Assembly (NCBI GenBank): GCA_963804165.1
Contig: CAWDPO010000001.1
Location: forward strand, 1 to 64,000
Direction of reading: 5' to 3'
DNA length: 64,000 nt
DNA from: an uncultured delta proteobacterium
GTDB lineage: Bacteria > Desulfobacterota > Binatia > UBA9968
Positions 19,324 through 29,810 of the stretch are shown in pieces. Under the pieces are notes generated by a model that was given only the letters and a program-made list of their open reading frames with translations, was not told where the DNA came from and searched no databases. How positions within the stretch are numbered: the stretch's first letter is position 1; each line of letters starts with the position of its first letter. Both the position numbers and the translations under genes were made by a program.

Positions 19324-20156
19324 GCGACTTGAGTTTTGTGCGCGTTGTTGTCCAGCCAATACTGGGCGAAATCGGTGCTGGTCACGAACCAGACATCGGC
19401 GAACGAAGTCGCGTAAGTCAGCATCTGCTGCAACACCCAGGAATAGGCCGGCAGTCCCATCATGGTGGCGTGGGAGCCAAACTGAAAGCACAGAGGTTCG
19501 TATTGCGCCGCGCCGCGTAGCGCATCGATCTGACTCTGGAAGAACTCCAAAATTTGCTTGCAACTGAGCGGCGGCCCTTTGCCATCCATTCCTAAAAATC
19601 TCCGCTCATCGACATTCATGTAGCGGTTAATCGGGCAGTCCAGGATCAGTTTGCCGTCGACGTTGACGACCGAAGGCAGATCTCCCCGATCGTGATTGCT
19701 GTGCCAGAGGAGCCCTTCTTCGGCAAGAATCCGCACCGTATTTTTGCTGGTCCTCCGCCCGGTGCAGACCCAACCACGCGGGCGAAAACCGCTGGCGCTT
19801 TCAATCGTCGCCAGCGTCTTTCGTACCGCTGCCCGTTCTTCTTCAGCGGCCGCCAGCCGTTGAGGAGTGGACTGATCATAGCCATGTCCGGCGACATCGT
19901 GGTCACGTCGGAGGATCTCGCGAACGAGTGCGGGAAAAAGCTCGGCGACCATGCCGCTCAGATGGCACGTGCCTTTGACGCCGGCGCGATCGAAAACATC
20001 GAGCAGTCTCCAAGCGCCGACCTTCGCCCCGTATTCATGATAATAATTTTTCTGATCGTCTTCGTCTCGCTGGCTCCACCATTCGACGGGAAAATGAACG
20101 GTCACCGCAAGCCGTTTCCCCGGCGGAAACGAAATCTGACTATTTTCTCTCATCAA
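19320..20156 (-). CDS. Polysaccharide deacetylase / PuuE-like hydrolase
   Basis: FPPGKRLAV, EYG.KVG.WRLL, GHGY, GFRPRGW, DVWF motifs. Confidence 0.75.
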   Translation of the reverse strand: MMRENSQISFPPGKRLAVTVHFPVEWWSQRDEDDQKNYYHEYGAKVGAWRLLDVFDRAGVKGTCHLSGMVAELFPALVREILRRDHDVAGHGYDQSTPQRLAAAEEERAAVRKTLATIESASGFRPRGWVCTGRRTSKNTVRILAEEGLLWHSNHDRGDLPSVVNVDGKLILDCPINRYMNVDERRFLGMDGKGPPLSCKQILEFFQSQIDALRGAAQYEPLCFQFGSHATMMGLPAYSWVLQQMLTYATSFADVWFVTSTDFAQYWLDNNAHKTQVA

Positions 20157-20183
20157 TTTTGTCTCCCGGTTGCGCTTGGGATT

Positions 20184-20552
20184 CTACTCGGCAAATTTGA
20201 TGCTTTGCCGAGCGGCTGCGACAACTCGCTCAAAATCGCTTGGCTTTAAGCCCTTGGCGCCGTAGAAGTTCGCGCCGCTCAGGTTGGCGCCAGTGAGGTT
20301 AGCGCCCGTGAGATTGGCCCAAAAGAGGTCGCACCAGCCCAGTTGCGCCCGCGTCAAATCGGCGTCGCTGAGATCGGCCCAGCAAAGGTCCGCGCCTCTG
20401 AGATCTACTCCCTGAAAGTTCACTCCGCGCAGGTTCGCGCCGCAAAAGTTAGCTCCGCTGAGATCGACCGTACCGGCAGGATTCGCCGCACGGTAAGCAT
20501 TGAATTCCTCCAGCGAGCGTTTGATCGTATCGACCATCTTGTTATCTGCCAT
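20184..20552 (-). CDS. Pentapeptide repeat protein
   Basis: Tandem A(N/D)LxG repeats. Confidence 0.85.
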   Translation of the reverse strand: MADNKMVDTIKRSLEEFNAYRAANPAGTVDLSGANFCGANLRGVNFQGVDLRGADLCWADLSDADLTRAQLGWCDLFWANLTGANLTGANLSGANFYGAKGLKPSDFERVVAAARQSIKFAE

Positions 20553-20585
20553 GAACGTCATCCAAGAAATATTATTGGGGTTTTC

Positions 20586-21596
20586 TTAGCGGTACAACCG
20601 CGCGAAAAATCCTTGACTTTCAATCTCTTTAAGCAGCGTCGAGTCGGCAAAGTCGCCTGGTTTTTTACCTTTGAATTCGGGAACGATCGTGCTGAGATTT
20701 TCAATGTCCGATTGTATCGCGTCTTCCATGGGATAGGGTTTGGGCGGAATTTGCTTGATCATGTAGTTGCGGTACATCATCTCAAGCCGTTTGGGGTCCT
20801 CCGTCCTCATGTACTTGCGAAAAATCTTGAGGGCAACGTCTTTGTTGGTTTTACCGATCCAGATCGCCTCGCTGAAAGCCATCAAGAATGCCTGCAGTTT
20901 TTTTCGATCGGTTTTTACAAATTCCCGCGTGGTCGAAAGGTCGCTGATGCTCGTGTGGATTCCCAAATCGACGGTGTCTGCGAGTTCATTGACTTTGCCG
21001 CCGCGGGACTCCAATTCGTAGATTGTATCCGGGGTCGCGAGGGTGGCGTCGAATCTTCCTCCTTGAAGCATCAGAGCGATCCGCTTGCCGGACTCGGTGA
21101 GGCCGGTACCGAGAATATTGACGTCCTTGCCCGGCACCAACCCGAACTTTAAAAGCAAACGCCTAACGGTAAAGTCATCGGTGTTCGTCGGCTGACTGAT
21201 GCCAACCGTTTTGCCTCTGAGATCCTGGGGCGACGTAATCGACGGATGACTGACCAGCTTGAAGGTGGACGGCCCGAAAGTGCCGATGACAACCACGGGT
21301 AAACCGCGCGCCGCCGCCACCATCGAGCCCGTAGCCGGTGCGGCAATGACTTGGATGTTGCCGCTCGCCAAGGCGGTAATCGGTAATTGTGCGCCACGAA
21401 TGACGACGAGGCGCGCGTCCAGGCCGTATTTTTCATAGAGTCCCATTTCCTGGGCGATCCACAGCGGCGCGCGCGATGCGGAAACCGAAACGTAGGAAAT
21501 ATGCAGAGGCTCCAGTCGTTTTTCCTGAGTCCGCGCGGCGGAAGCGACAAGAAGTAGCAATATCAAGAATAGTGAGCTCACTGACGGACGATTCAT
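20586..21596 (-). CDS. ABC substrate-binding protein, SsuA/NMT1-like
   Basis: Signal peptide, RAPLWIAQEMGLYEKYGL, FGLVPGKDV. Confidence 0.8.
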   Translation of the reverse strand: MNRPSVSSLFLILLLLVASAARTQEKRLEPLHISYVSVSASRAPLWIAQEMGLYEKYGLDARLVVIRGAQLPITALASGNIQVIAAPATGSMVAAARGLPVVVIGTFGPSTFKLVSHPSITSPQDLRGKTVGISQPTNTDDFTVRRLLLKFGLVPGKDVNILGTGLTESGKRIALMLQGGRFDATLATPDTIYELESRGGKVNELADTVDLGIHTSISDLSTTREFVKTDRKKLQAFLMAFSEAIWIGKTNKDVALKIFRKYMRTEDPKRLEMMYRNYMIKQIPPKPYPMEDAIQSDIENLSTIVPEFKGKKPGDFADSTLLKEIESQGFFARLYR

Positions 21597-21608
21597 GTTG
21601 TTACCCCG

Positions 21609-22679
21609 TTACCGCAGATTTCGCTGATGACCCCACTTGCAAATCGGCGGCAGGTTGGTTGCGATCTTGTTCCAGTGCTCGCCCTCGTCGTCGCTCTGGA
21701 ACACATCCCCATCGCTCGTGCCGGCGAATAACGCCGTGGAACCGTTCCAAACTTCCATCGCCAACGCCTCGACGTTGCCGCGTATATGCTCCGGTAATCC
21801 CTGATGGAGGATCTGCCAATTCTTTCCGCCGTCCCGGCTGCGCCCGATCCTCGAGTCGGCGGTATGGGTCTTGCGCCAAGTTCCCGGCGTGCTGATCGCG
21901 CCGGCCATAAAAAGCAGACTTTCATTCTTAGGATGAATCAGCAGAGGATCGGGGTAAGCGATGCGCATCGCGTTGGTGGTGAGATGGTCCCAGTTGAGTC
22001 CGCCGTCGCGGCTGTAATACATTCCGTCACCGGTGCATAGATAGATCCATTCGGGTTCTGATGGCCGGATCACCACCCGGTGCACGTCGGCATAAAATCC
22101 ACTCAACTCCTTCCAGGATTGACCGCCATCGCCGCTTTTGAAAAGTCCGCCGACTTCTACCCCGGCATATATTTTTCTTGGATCGCGGGGATCGATGGCA
22201 ACGTTTTTGACGTGGGCATGGTGCGGTGGCGCCGGAAAAGTCCATTCGCAAGCGCTGGGAACGGCGCCGAGCGTTGTCAACTCGCGCCAAGTCCCACCCA
22301 GATCGTCGCTCTCGAAGAGACGGGCCGGCTCGGTTCCGGCGTAGAGTTTGACCCCGTCGTCTGTTCGCGCCGCGTTGATGCAATACACGTCCTTCTCCGT
22401 GAGGCCGTGGTCGCGTCGCTCCCAGCTTTTTCCCGAATCCGCGCTGGCGAAGATACCGTTTTTATATGCGCCCGCGAACATGAGATCACTCGCAGGTTCA
22501 ACGAAGAGAGTACTGACATGACAACCGTCAAGAGTTTTTTCAGTCAACCGCCACTCTTGCGGACCTTCTCGTTGCATGGCGTAGACCCCATTCGCCGTTC
22601 CGATCAGCAACTTATTCGCGGGAGAGTTGGAACTGTACGTTGCGGTGCCGGCATGAGACAAACAGATAGTCATGATCAT
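21609..22679 (-). CDS. BNR/Asp-box beta-propeller protein
   Basis: Six SxDxGxxW repeats; YAGTEPA and WTFPAPPH motifs. Confidence 0.8.
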   Translation of the reverse strand: MIMTICLSHAGTATYSSNSPANKLLIGTANGVYAMQREGPQEWRLTEKTLDGCHVSTLFVEPASDLMFAGAYKNGIFASADSGKSWERRDHGLTEKDVYCINAARTDDGVKLYAGTEPARLFESDDLGGTWRELTTLGAVPSACEWTFPAPPHHAHVKNVAIDPRDPRKIYAGVEVGGLFKSGDGGQSWKELSGFYADVHRVVIRPSEPEWIYLCTGDGMYYSRDGGLNWDHLTTNAMRIAYPDPLLIHPKNESLLFMAGAISTPGTWRKTHTADSRIGRSRDGGKNWQILHQGLPEHIRGNVEALAMEVWNGSTALFAGTSDGDVFQSDDEGEHWNKIATNLPPICKWGHQRNLR

Positions 22680-22819
22680 GTGTCCTTTGCTATAAGATCC
22701 ACGTTTCGCCAGCGCTCATCGCTGGTTCTTATCTACGTGCGCGCCTGGTTGTCAAGATAGAGTGGCGACTATTAGCAAGCGACTCGACAGACAATGGGTA
22801 TTCGCAAGCGTATTGATTA

Positions 22820-22875
22820 TTGACAGGATGAACACCCTTTACTAGTATCCGAAACACGGTCTTAGGATATGAGAC
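22820..22875 (+). promoter_or_regulatory. IclR gene promoter plus operator (probable autoregulation)
   Basis: TTGACA(22820)-N17-TAGTAT(22843)-N10-gtcttaggatatgagac(22859-22875). Confidence 0.7.
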
Positions 22876-23738
22876 AAGCAATCAATTCCGCCCCAATGGG
22901 GACAAATGCAGCGCTGCAACGGTCGTCGAAGGCGTTATCCGATCGCTACCGCATCCATGTAATCGACCGGGCCGCACAAATTCTCGACTGCTTCGGCTTC
23001 GATCATCAAGAACTGAGCGTGAGCGAGATCGGCGCCAAAACCCATTTGCATCGCAGCACGGCGCATCGCATCTTGATGGCTTTAGAATATAACGATCTGA
23101 TCCAACAGAATCCTGAAAACGGCAAGTACCGCTTGGGCATCAAGCTCTTCCGACTCGGCCATCAGGCGGTGTCGCATCTCAATTTGCGCGAGATTTGCCG
23201 GCCGTTTTTGACGCGCATCATGAACGAGACCAAGGAAACGGTCCATCTCGCGGTGTTAGACGAGGATCAAGTGCTCTATCTGGACAAAGTCGAGGGACCT
23301 CACGCGCTCCGCATGCCTTCTCGGGTCGGCCGCCGTATTCCGACTTATTGCACGTCCCTCGGCAAGGCGATGTTGTCGTGTTTGGACGAGCAGGAAGTGA
23401 AGAATATCTTTCGCAATCAGGTTTTGCGGCCCTATACTGCAAACACCGTCAAGACACTCAACCTATTGCTGACTGAGCTGCGCATGATCCGCAAACGCGG
23501 TTATTCGATCGATAACGAAGAGATCGAGATCGGCCTGCGTTGCGTCGGCGCGCCGATCAAAGACTACACCGGCGCCATGGTGGGCGCGATCAGCGTGGCC
23601 GCCCCGTCGGCTCGTTTATCCACTCAGAAGATTCACAGCGCCGGCAAGCTCGTCGTGGCGACGGCGGAAGAGATCTCGACAAAGCTCGGTTACGAGAAAC
23701 CCGATAAAAACCAAAGCCCAGTGAGATCGGAGCGTTGA
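22869..23738 (+). CDS. IclR family transcriptional regulator (true start may be 22896 or 22907)
   Basis: VIDRA..IL, HTH LHRSTAHRIL, ETVHLAV, TSLGKAML, GYSIDNEE..GLRCVGAPI. Confidence 0.92.
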   Translation: MRQAINSAPMGTNAALQRSSKALSDRYRIHVIDRAAQILDCFGFDHQELSVSEIGAKTHLHRSTAHRILMALEYNDLIQQNPENGKYRLGIKLFRLGHQAVSHLNLREICRPFLTRIMNETKETVHLAVLDEDQVLYLDKVEGPHALRMPSRVGRRIPTYCTSLGKAMLSCLDEQEVKNIFRNQVLRPYTANTVKTLNLLLTELRMIRKRGYSIDNEEIEIGLRCVGAPIKDYTGAMVGAISVAAPSARLSTQKIHSAGKLVVATAEEISTKLGYEKPDKNQSPVRSER

Positions 23739-24534
23739 CCGTGCAGGGACTGACTCAAGAACAAATTCATCACGAAGCGCGCGAACTGTATCGCGCGGAA
23801 AAAGACAAGAGTGTGCTCCGGCCGTTTACGGAAAAATACTCTGCAGATCGCCCCCGAAGAATCGTACCGGATTCAACTGGCGCTGATCGAAATGAAAAAA
23901 GCCGATGGCGCCAAAGTGGTGGGGAAAAAAATCGGTCTCACCAGCAAGGCGATGCAAAAGATGCTCAACGTCGATCAGCCCGACTACGGTCACATCCTCG
24001 ATAACATGGTGTTGCAGGACGCGGCGGTTTTCCGGGTCGGTGAATTGATCCAGCCGAAGATCGAACCGGAGATCGCGTTTATTCTCGACCGCGAATTGAA
24101 GGGACCGGGAGTTACACCAACGCAGGTTCTTGCTGCAACCCGCTTTGTCGTGCCGGCGCTGGAAATCATCGATAGCCGAATCGAGGGTTGGAAAATCAAG
24201 CTTTGCGATACCATCGCCGACAACGCGTCCTCCGCTCGCGTCGTCCTCGGCAACTCGCCGAAGCGCATCGACGCAGTTTGATCTCAAGCTTGTCGGAATG
24301 GTGCTCGAAAAAAACGGCGACATCGTGCAGACCGGCGCCGGCGGCGCCGTGTTGGGCCATCCCGCGGTCGCCGTGGCGTGGCTGGCCAATGCGGTTGGAC
24401 AGTTCGGCGTAAGTCTCGGCGCGGGCGAAATCGTCATGCCGGGAGCGCTTTGCGCGGCCACCGACGTGAGCGCGGGCGACTTGCTGCAAGCATCCTTTGA
24501 TGGCCTCGGCACGGTTTCAGTTCGATTCGCATAG
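23735..24534 (+). CDS. mhpD: 2-keto-4-pentenoate hydratase, two frameshifts (~23840, ~24273)
   Basis: GKKIGLTSKAMQ, PKIEPEIAF, ALEIIDSRI, DTIADNASS, GAVLGHP..AVAWLAN spread over three frames. Confidence 0.8.
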
Positions 24535-24543
24535 GGGAAAACG

Positions 24544-25447
24544 ATGGAACAAGTCCGCGCAGCGATCTTGGGTTCCGGCAATATCGGCACGGACCTCATG
24601 TACAAACTCAAGCGCAGTAACCTACTGCGCCCCGTGCTGATGGCTGGCATTGTTCCCGATTCGGAAGGTTTGGCGCGGGCGCGCCAAGAAGGATTGGCCA
24701 TCACCAGCCGAAGGCATCGACGGCTTACTCAAACAGAAAGAAACTTTTGAAATCGTCTTCGATGCCACCACGGCGGCGGCTCACAAGAAGCACGCGCCAC
24801 TTTTGCGCCACGCGAACAAGATCGCCGTCGATCTAACTCCCGCCGCTGTCGGGCCCTACGTCATCCCGCTGGTCAATCTCGACGAGCATGTCGGCGCGAG
24901 CAACGTCAACCTGGTGAGTTGCGGTGGCCAGGCCACCGTGCCGCTGGTGAGCGCGCTCGACGAAGTCGCTCCGGTAGAGTACGCCGAGATCGTCGCGACC
25001 ATCGCGAGCAAAAGCGCCGGCCCCGGCACCAGGCAAAATATCGACGAGTTCACTGAAACTACCGCTCGCGGCTTAGAGAAGATCGGCCACGCGGCGCGCG
25101 GCAAGGCGATCATTGTCTTGAATCCCGCCGAGCCGCCGATCCTGATGCGCAATACCGTGCACGGCATCCTACTGGATGCCGACGCGGTAAAAATCCTTCG
25201 CTCGATCGAATCCATGGTCGAGCGCATCAAGCAGTATGTACCCGGCTATCGTCTGCGCGCGAAGCCGTTGATTCAAGAGCTGGCGAACGGCGAGCACAAG
25301 AAGAAAGTAACTCTTTTTGTTGAAGTCGAGGGTGCGGGTGATTTTTTGCCGAAATATGCCGGCAATCTCGACATCATGACCTCGGCGGCGGTCAAGGTCG
25401 GTGAAGAAATTGGCCGGCACCTGCGCGCCGGCACTTGGAAAAAGTAA
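24544..25447 (+). CDS. mhpF: Acetaldehyde dehydrogenase (acylating), frameshift ~24706
   Basis: [48 protein letters not shown]. Confidence 0.88.
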
Positions 25448-25464
25448 GCAGCGGAGGCTATACG

Positions 25465-26493
25465 GTGAGCGAGAAAACCTTCATCCATATTTTGGACAGT
25501 TCGCTACGGGACGGCAGCCACGCGCTAAGTCACCAATACACCGCGGCGCAGGTCAGCAGTGTGGCGCGCGGCTTGGACGACGCGGGAGTCGAAATGATCG
25601 AAGTCTCCCATGGCGACGGTTTGGGCGGCTCAACCATCACTTACGGATTCTCGAAACAATCCGAAATGGAGTTGCTGCAAGCGGCATCCGAGGTGATTAA
25701 GCATGGCAAGCTCGCCGTGTTGCTGTTGCCCGGGATCGGCACCAAGGACGATCTCAAGATGGCGGCGGACTACGGCGCCAAGGTCGCGCAGATCGCCACC
25801 CACGTCACCGAAGCGGACATTGCCGAGCAGCATATTGGCTTAGCGAAGCAAATGGGCATGGAAGTGATCGGCATGCTCATGCTGTCGCATATGGGGTCGC
25901 CGGAGACGATCGCCGAACAGGGAAAGCTCATGGAAAGTTACGGCGCGGACGTGGTCCTAGTCACCGACTCCGCGGGCGCGCTCATGCCCGAAACGGTAAA
26001 GCAACGGGTCGCGGCGCTGCGCGCCGCGTTGAAAATCGGCGTCGGCTTCCACGGCCACAACAATCTCTCGCTCGCCGTCGCCAACAGCGTTGCGGCGATC
26101 GAAGAAGGCGCGCGCTGGATCGACGCTTGTACCTGCGGCTTGGGCGCCGGCTCGGGCAACACGCCCACGGAGGTGCTCGCGGCCGTCTTGGATAAAATGG
26201 GCTACGAGACCGGCATCGATTTGTGGAAGATCATGGACGTCGCCGAGAACGTCGTGCGCCCGATCATGCCGAAACCGGTGCGCATCGGCAAAGTCAGCCT
26301 GACGATGGGCTATGCCGGCGTCTACTCGAGCTTTCTGCTCCATGCCGACAAAGCCGCCGAACAGTTCGGCGTCGATGCCCGCGATATTTTAGTCGAGCTC
26401 GGCAAACGCAAGGTCGTCGGTGGCCAGGAAGATATGATCGTCGAAGTGGCGATGATGCTCGCCGAGAAGCAGAAACAGAACGCGAGCGCCTGA
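25465..26493 (+). CDS. mhpE: 4-hydroxy-2-oxovalerate aldolase (DmpG/MhpE)
   Basis: LRDGSH, EVSHGDGLGG, LLLPGIGT, GFHGHNN, GYAGVYSSFLLHA, VGGQEDMI. Confidence 0.92.
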   Translation: MSEKTFIHILDSSLRDGSHALSHQYTAAQVSSVARGLDDAGVEMIEVSHGDGLGGSTITYGFSKQSEMELLQAASEVIKHGKLAVLLLPGIGTKDDLKMAADYGAKVAQIATHVTEADIAEQHIGLAKQMGMEVIGMLMLSHMGSPETIAEQGKLMESYGADVVLVTDSAGALMPETVKQRVAALRAALKIGVGFHGHNNLSLAVANSVAAIEEGARWIDACTCGLGAGSGNTPTEVLAAVLDKMGYETGIDLWKIMDVAENVVRPIMPKPVRIGKVSLTMGYAGVYSSFLLHADKAAEQFGVDARDILVELGKRKVVGGQEDMIVEVAMMLAEKQKQNASA

Positions 26494-26540
26494 AACACCG
26501 GCGAGCCAGCGAATCCAATCCATCGACACGGAGCGTTGCA

Positions 26541-27491
26541 ATGGGCAAACTTATCGCCGCCATGGCCTCATCCCACGCCTACACATTTCTCGAGCCTAAA
26601 GTTTGGGACGATCGCCGCGGACAGACGCGCTCGCACTACAAGCATCGATTCGGCGTCGAACCGCCGGATCAACCGCAGGTCGCCGAGGAAACTCTCGAAG
26701 CCAACGAGGCTCGCTACGGGAAGATCCGCGACGGCTTGAATTTTCTCCGCGAAAAGATCGATGCGCTGCGCCCGGATGTCCTGCTCGTGATCGGCGATGA
26801 TCAGAACGAAAATTTCCTGGAGAATAACCTGCCGCAGTTCTCCATTTATGTCGGCAAAGAGCTCGTCGCCGCTTTTCGCGATGGCCGAACCGGCCGACGC
26901 TATCGCTGTGACGCAGACGCTGCTTGGACGATGCTCGAAGAATGCGTCGAATCCGGCATCGACCTCGCCTACTCGACGAAATTTCCCAAGGATCATCTCA
27001 TTTCACACGCCCATCGCGAGCCGCTGGAGTATCTCCAGCTCAACGGCAACCTGGCCATCGTGCCGATCTTCATCAACGCCATCCATGTCCCCGCACCGAC
27101 CCCGGCGCGCTGCTACCAGTTCGGCGAGACCTTAAAAAAAGTGATCGGTTCGTTGCCCGCGGAAAAACGCGTGATGATCTACGCCTCCGGTGGTCTCTCT
27201 CACTTCAGCGCGGGTTATCCTTGGAATCATTATAAAGGTCCCTGCACTCTCGGATCCATTTGCCAGGATTTCGATCGAAAAATTCTTGCATGCATGCAGG
27301 ATGGCCGGGGCCGCGAGCTCGCGCGATTGTCCAACCAAGACTTGATCCAAAACGGTGAGATCGAGCTGCGCCAGTGGATTACGTTGATGGGCATGATTGG
27401 CGACCGCAAGCCCGAGCTGCTCACCTATGAACCGTTTTACCGCGGCCTGCTCGGCATGGCCGTGGGTTACTGGGATCTGGCGTCGGCTTAG
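26541..27491 (+). CDS. LigB-fold extradiol dioxygenase (GDDQ subtype)
   Basis: ASSHAY, IGDDQNENF, SHAH, ASGGLSHF, EIELRQW; paralog of 5231 and 18345. Confidence 0.82.
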   Translation: MGKLIAAMASSHAYTFLEPKVWDDRRGQTRSHYKHRFGVEPPDQPQVAEETLEANEARYGKIRDGLNFLREKIDALRPDVLLVIGDDQNENFLENNLPQFSIYVGKELVAAFRDGRTGRRYRCDADAAWTMLEECVESGIDLAYSTKFPKDHLISHAHREPLEYLQLNGNLAIVPIFINAIHVPAPTPARCYQFGETLKKVIGSLPAEKRVMIYASGGLSHFSAGYPWNHYKGPCTLGSICQDFDRKILACMQDGRGRELARLSNQDLIQNGEIELRQWITLMGMIGDRKPELLTYEPFYRGLLGMAVGYWDLASA

Positions 27492-27550
27492 TTCGCATAA
27501 CGTCTCAAGCAATTCACTTCGATTTTCGACGTGCCAGGAGGAAACTGATT

Positions 27551-28408
27551 ATGACTGATACTGTTTTGCGTTCTCGAAACGTGATGGCGGGAAGGATTCG
27601 CACCCATTATACCGAGTGCGGTAACAACGGCGCCGCCGTTGTGCTGTGTCACGGCGGCGGTCCGGGCTCATCAGGTGAAGCCGGTTTCGCTCAGTTGATG
27701 CCGACGTTGGCGACAAAATTTCAAGTTTATGCTCTCGACAGCGTCGGCGGCTTTGGTGAGACCGATCCCTACTATCCAGCGAGCGAAGGCGTGCAAAGCC
27801 GGGTCGATCAGCTCGAAGCGTTCATGGACACGCTTTGCATTGAAAAGGCCGTGGTGGGCGGAAACTCCCAGGGCGCATGGGTCGCGGCGAAATACGCTCT
27901 CGAACATCCCGATCGTGTCGACAAGCTCGTTCTCATCGCCAGCAATACAATCTCCGGCGCCATGGGGATGGAAATCCCGATGACCGAGGGCATGCGCGCG
28001 ATCCGCGCCTATGACGGCACAGAGAAATCTATGCGCGCTTTTCTGCAAACCATCGTCTGGAACAAAAACCTGATCACCGACGCGTTGGTCAAAGTGCGCA
28101 ACGACTGCGCCAATCGTGCCGGCGCCGAAGACGCGCGAAAAATCTTTCAAGAAGGCCAGCAGAGATTGACGAAAGATCCCAACCTGCGGCTGAAATACGA
28201 CATGCGCGACACGCTCCCCAAGCTGACCATTCCGACGATCTGCATTTGGGGCGAGGACGACGGCTTTGCGCCGGTGGAGCTCGGCAGGCAATTGGAAAGT
28301 ATGCTGCCGAAGGTCAAATTTCACTATGTCGCCAAAGCCGGTCACCAGGTGCAGAACGATCAGCCCGAATTGGTGAGCAAGCTGATCATGGATTTTCTCG
28401 GCGCGTGA
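27551..28408 (+). CDS. Alpha/beta hydrolase, meta-cleavage product hydrolase (MhpC/BphD)-like
   Basis: HGGGPGSSG, GNSQG nucleophile elbow, WGEDD, GHQVQ.D. Confidence 0.8.
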   Translation: MTDTVLRSRNVMAGRIRTHYTECGNNGAAVVLCHGGGPGSSGEAGFAQLMPTLATKFQVYALDSVGGFGETDPYYPASEGVQSRVDQLEAFMDTLCIEKAVVGGNSQGAWVAAKYALEHPDRVDKLVLIASNTISGAMGMEIPMTEGMRAIRAYDGTEKSMRAFLQTIVWNKNLITDALVKVRNDCANRAGAEDARKIFQEGQQRLTKDPNLRLKYDMRDTLPKLTIPTICIWGEDDGFAPVELGRQLESMLPKVKFHYVAKAGHQVQNDQPELVSKLIMDFLGA

Positions 28409-28453
28409 ACACCCGCGGCGATCGTGATCGAACCGGCGCGACTTCCGGTATCC

Positions 28454-29548
28454 TTATCGACCCAGCAGCTCCGCCAGTTTCCGGCTGATCTCTGGCCGTT
28501 TCTTCGAATAAAATTCGAACGTGTAGCTGTCGAGGTAATCCGTACCTGGAACCGGTATGCGATGACTCGGCACTCCCTTCGTGCCGACGTCGGTGCGCCG
28601 GCTCGGGTGTCCGGTGGATTGAGAAAAAATTTCCTGACCCTCTTTTGACGCCAACCAGTTGAGCAATATCGTCGCGCCATTCGGATGCGGCGCGTCTTTG
28701 ATTACTTTGATAACGCTGCTCCCGCCGGTGATGTAGCCCGGCGCGTCCGCCAACGAAGCGACAATGCCGATGGGTAATCCCTCATGGCGCAGGGGCTCGA
28801 CGTTCCGGTCAACGCTGCCCAGACCGACAAGGTAAACGCCGCGCGCGATCCATTCGGCAAGTTGTTGATGATCCGAGGTGTAAACGACTTTCTGATCGAC
28901 GAAGAGCCGGGTGACAAACTCTTCGCCCACCGCCGCATACCAATAGGTCGCATCCGATTGACCGGCGCCGCTTTTGCGCGGATCGTAGCCGGCGATCTTC
29001 CCTGAATACTGCGGCTTCAACAAATCCTTGAGGGAGATTATTTCTTTGGCTTTGACGAGATTGGAATTGACGATCAGCGAGCCGTAGACTTGATCGGATG
29101 TTTGCAAGAAATATTGGCCGTCGGGGTCGGACCATTTGAGCGCACCGCCCTTCCAGTTTTTTGGGTTGGCGGCCTCCTCCAGAATCAGGCGGGGTTTCGC
29201 CGGCGCCAGGCAACCCTTAGGGAAGACTGAGATCAGCTCGCTGAGGCCGCCCAGAAGAACGTCGATACTCGGCCGTCCGGCGGCACACTCTCGCCCCACG
29301 ACAGTGGTCAACTCGGCCCCCTCGAGCACGCGCATTTCAACGTCGAAGCCGAAACGTTTCGCAAAAGCGGCGACCGTGCCCTGGCGAAACGCCGGAACGC
29401 CGACGCCGCTGCCGAGCACGACCTTGCCCTCCGGTTTGGCCTTGATTAGAGTCTGCTGCCAAATTTCCGGGGCCGCCGACTCCGCGCGGGTTGGAAGCGC
29501 GAACCCCATGAATAGAATCGTTACGCTCACGGCGAAGAACGCTTTCAT
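28454..29548 (-). CDS. Extracellular solute-binding protein
   Basis: Signal peptide; DAPHPNGA..LLNWLASKEGQ; close paralog of 32768. Confidence 0.8.
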   Translation of the reverse strand: MKAFFAVSVTILFMGFALPTRAESAAPEIWQQTLIKAKPEGKVVLGSGVGVPAFRQGTVAAFAKRFGFDVEMRVLEGAELTTVVGRECAAGRPSIDVLLGGLSELISVFPKGCLAPAKPRLILEEAANPKNWKGGALKWSDPDGQYFLQTSDQVYGSLIVNSNLVKAKEIISLKDLLKPQYSGKIAGYDPRKSGAGQSDATYWYAAVGEEFVTRLFVDQKVVYTSDHQQLAEWIARGVYLVGLGSVDRNVEPLRHEGLPIGIVASLADAPGYITGGSSVIKVIKDAPHPNGATILLNWLASKEGQEIFSQSTGHPSRRTDVGTKGVPSHRIPVPGTDYLDSYTFEFYSKKRPEISRKLAELLGR

Positions 29549-29575
29549 ATGTTTTCTCTTGTTCCTGATTTTGGT

Positions 29576-29810
29576 CTAGCGCCCAAGGAGATCGATCACG
29601 CGTTTGATCACCTCGGGCCGTTTCTTGGCGTAGAATTCATAGCCATACGAATCAAGATATTTCACCCCAGGCTTTGGAATTAAATAATCGGGAATCTCTT
29701 TGACGAGAACATCGGTTCGCCGGCTCGGTTGTAAGACGTTCTGTGCGTAGATCGTTTGCGCCTCCTTGGTTGCGAACCAATTCAAAATCTCCCATGGATT
29801 TGAAGCTCAT
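29576..29810 (-). pseudogene. Internally deleted solute-binding protein gene
   Basis: GAGGAG-ATG (29810) joined out of frame to the last ~70 codons (LNWFATKEAQ...KKRPEV...LLGR) matching neighbouring SBPs. Confidence 0.75.

Noticed and set aside
23735-25447. Programmed ribosomal frameshifting in mhpD/mhpF
   Set aside because: No slippery heptamer or stimulatory structure; mixed +1/-1 indels fit sequencing error
26223-26540. N-terminal extension of the 422-aa ORF
   Set aside because: Overlaps the aldolase in another frame; paralogs begin at the ATG at 26541
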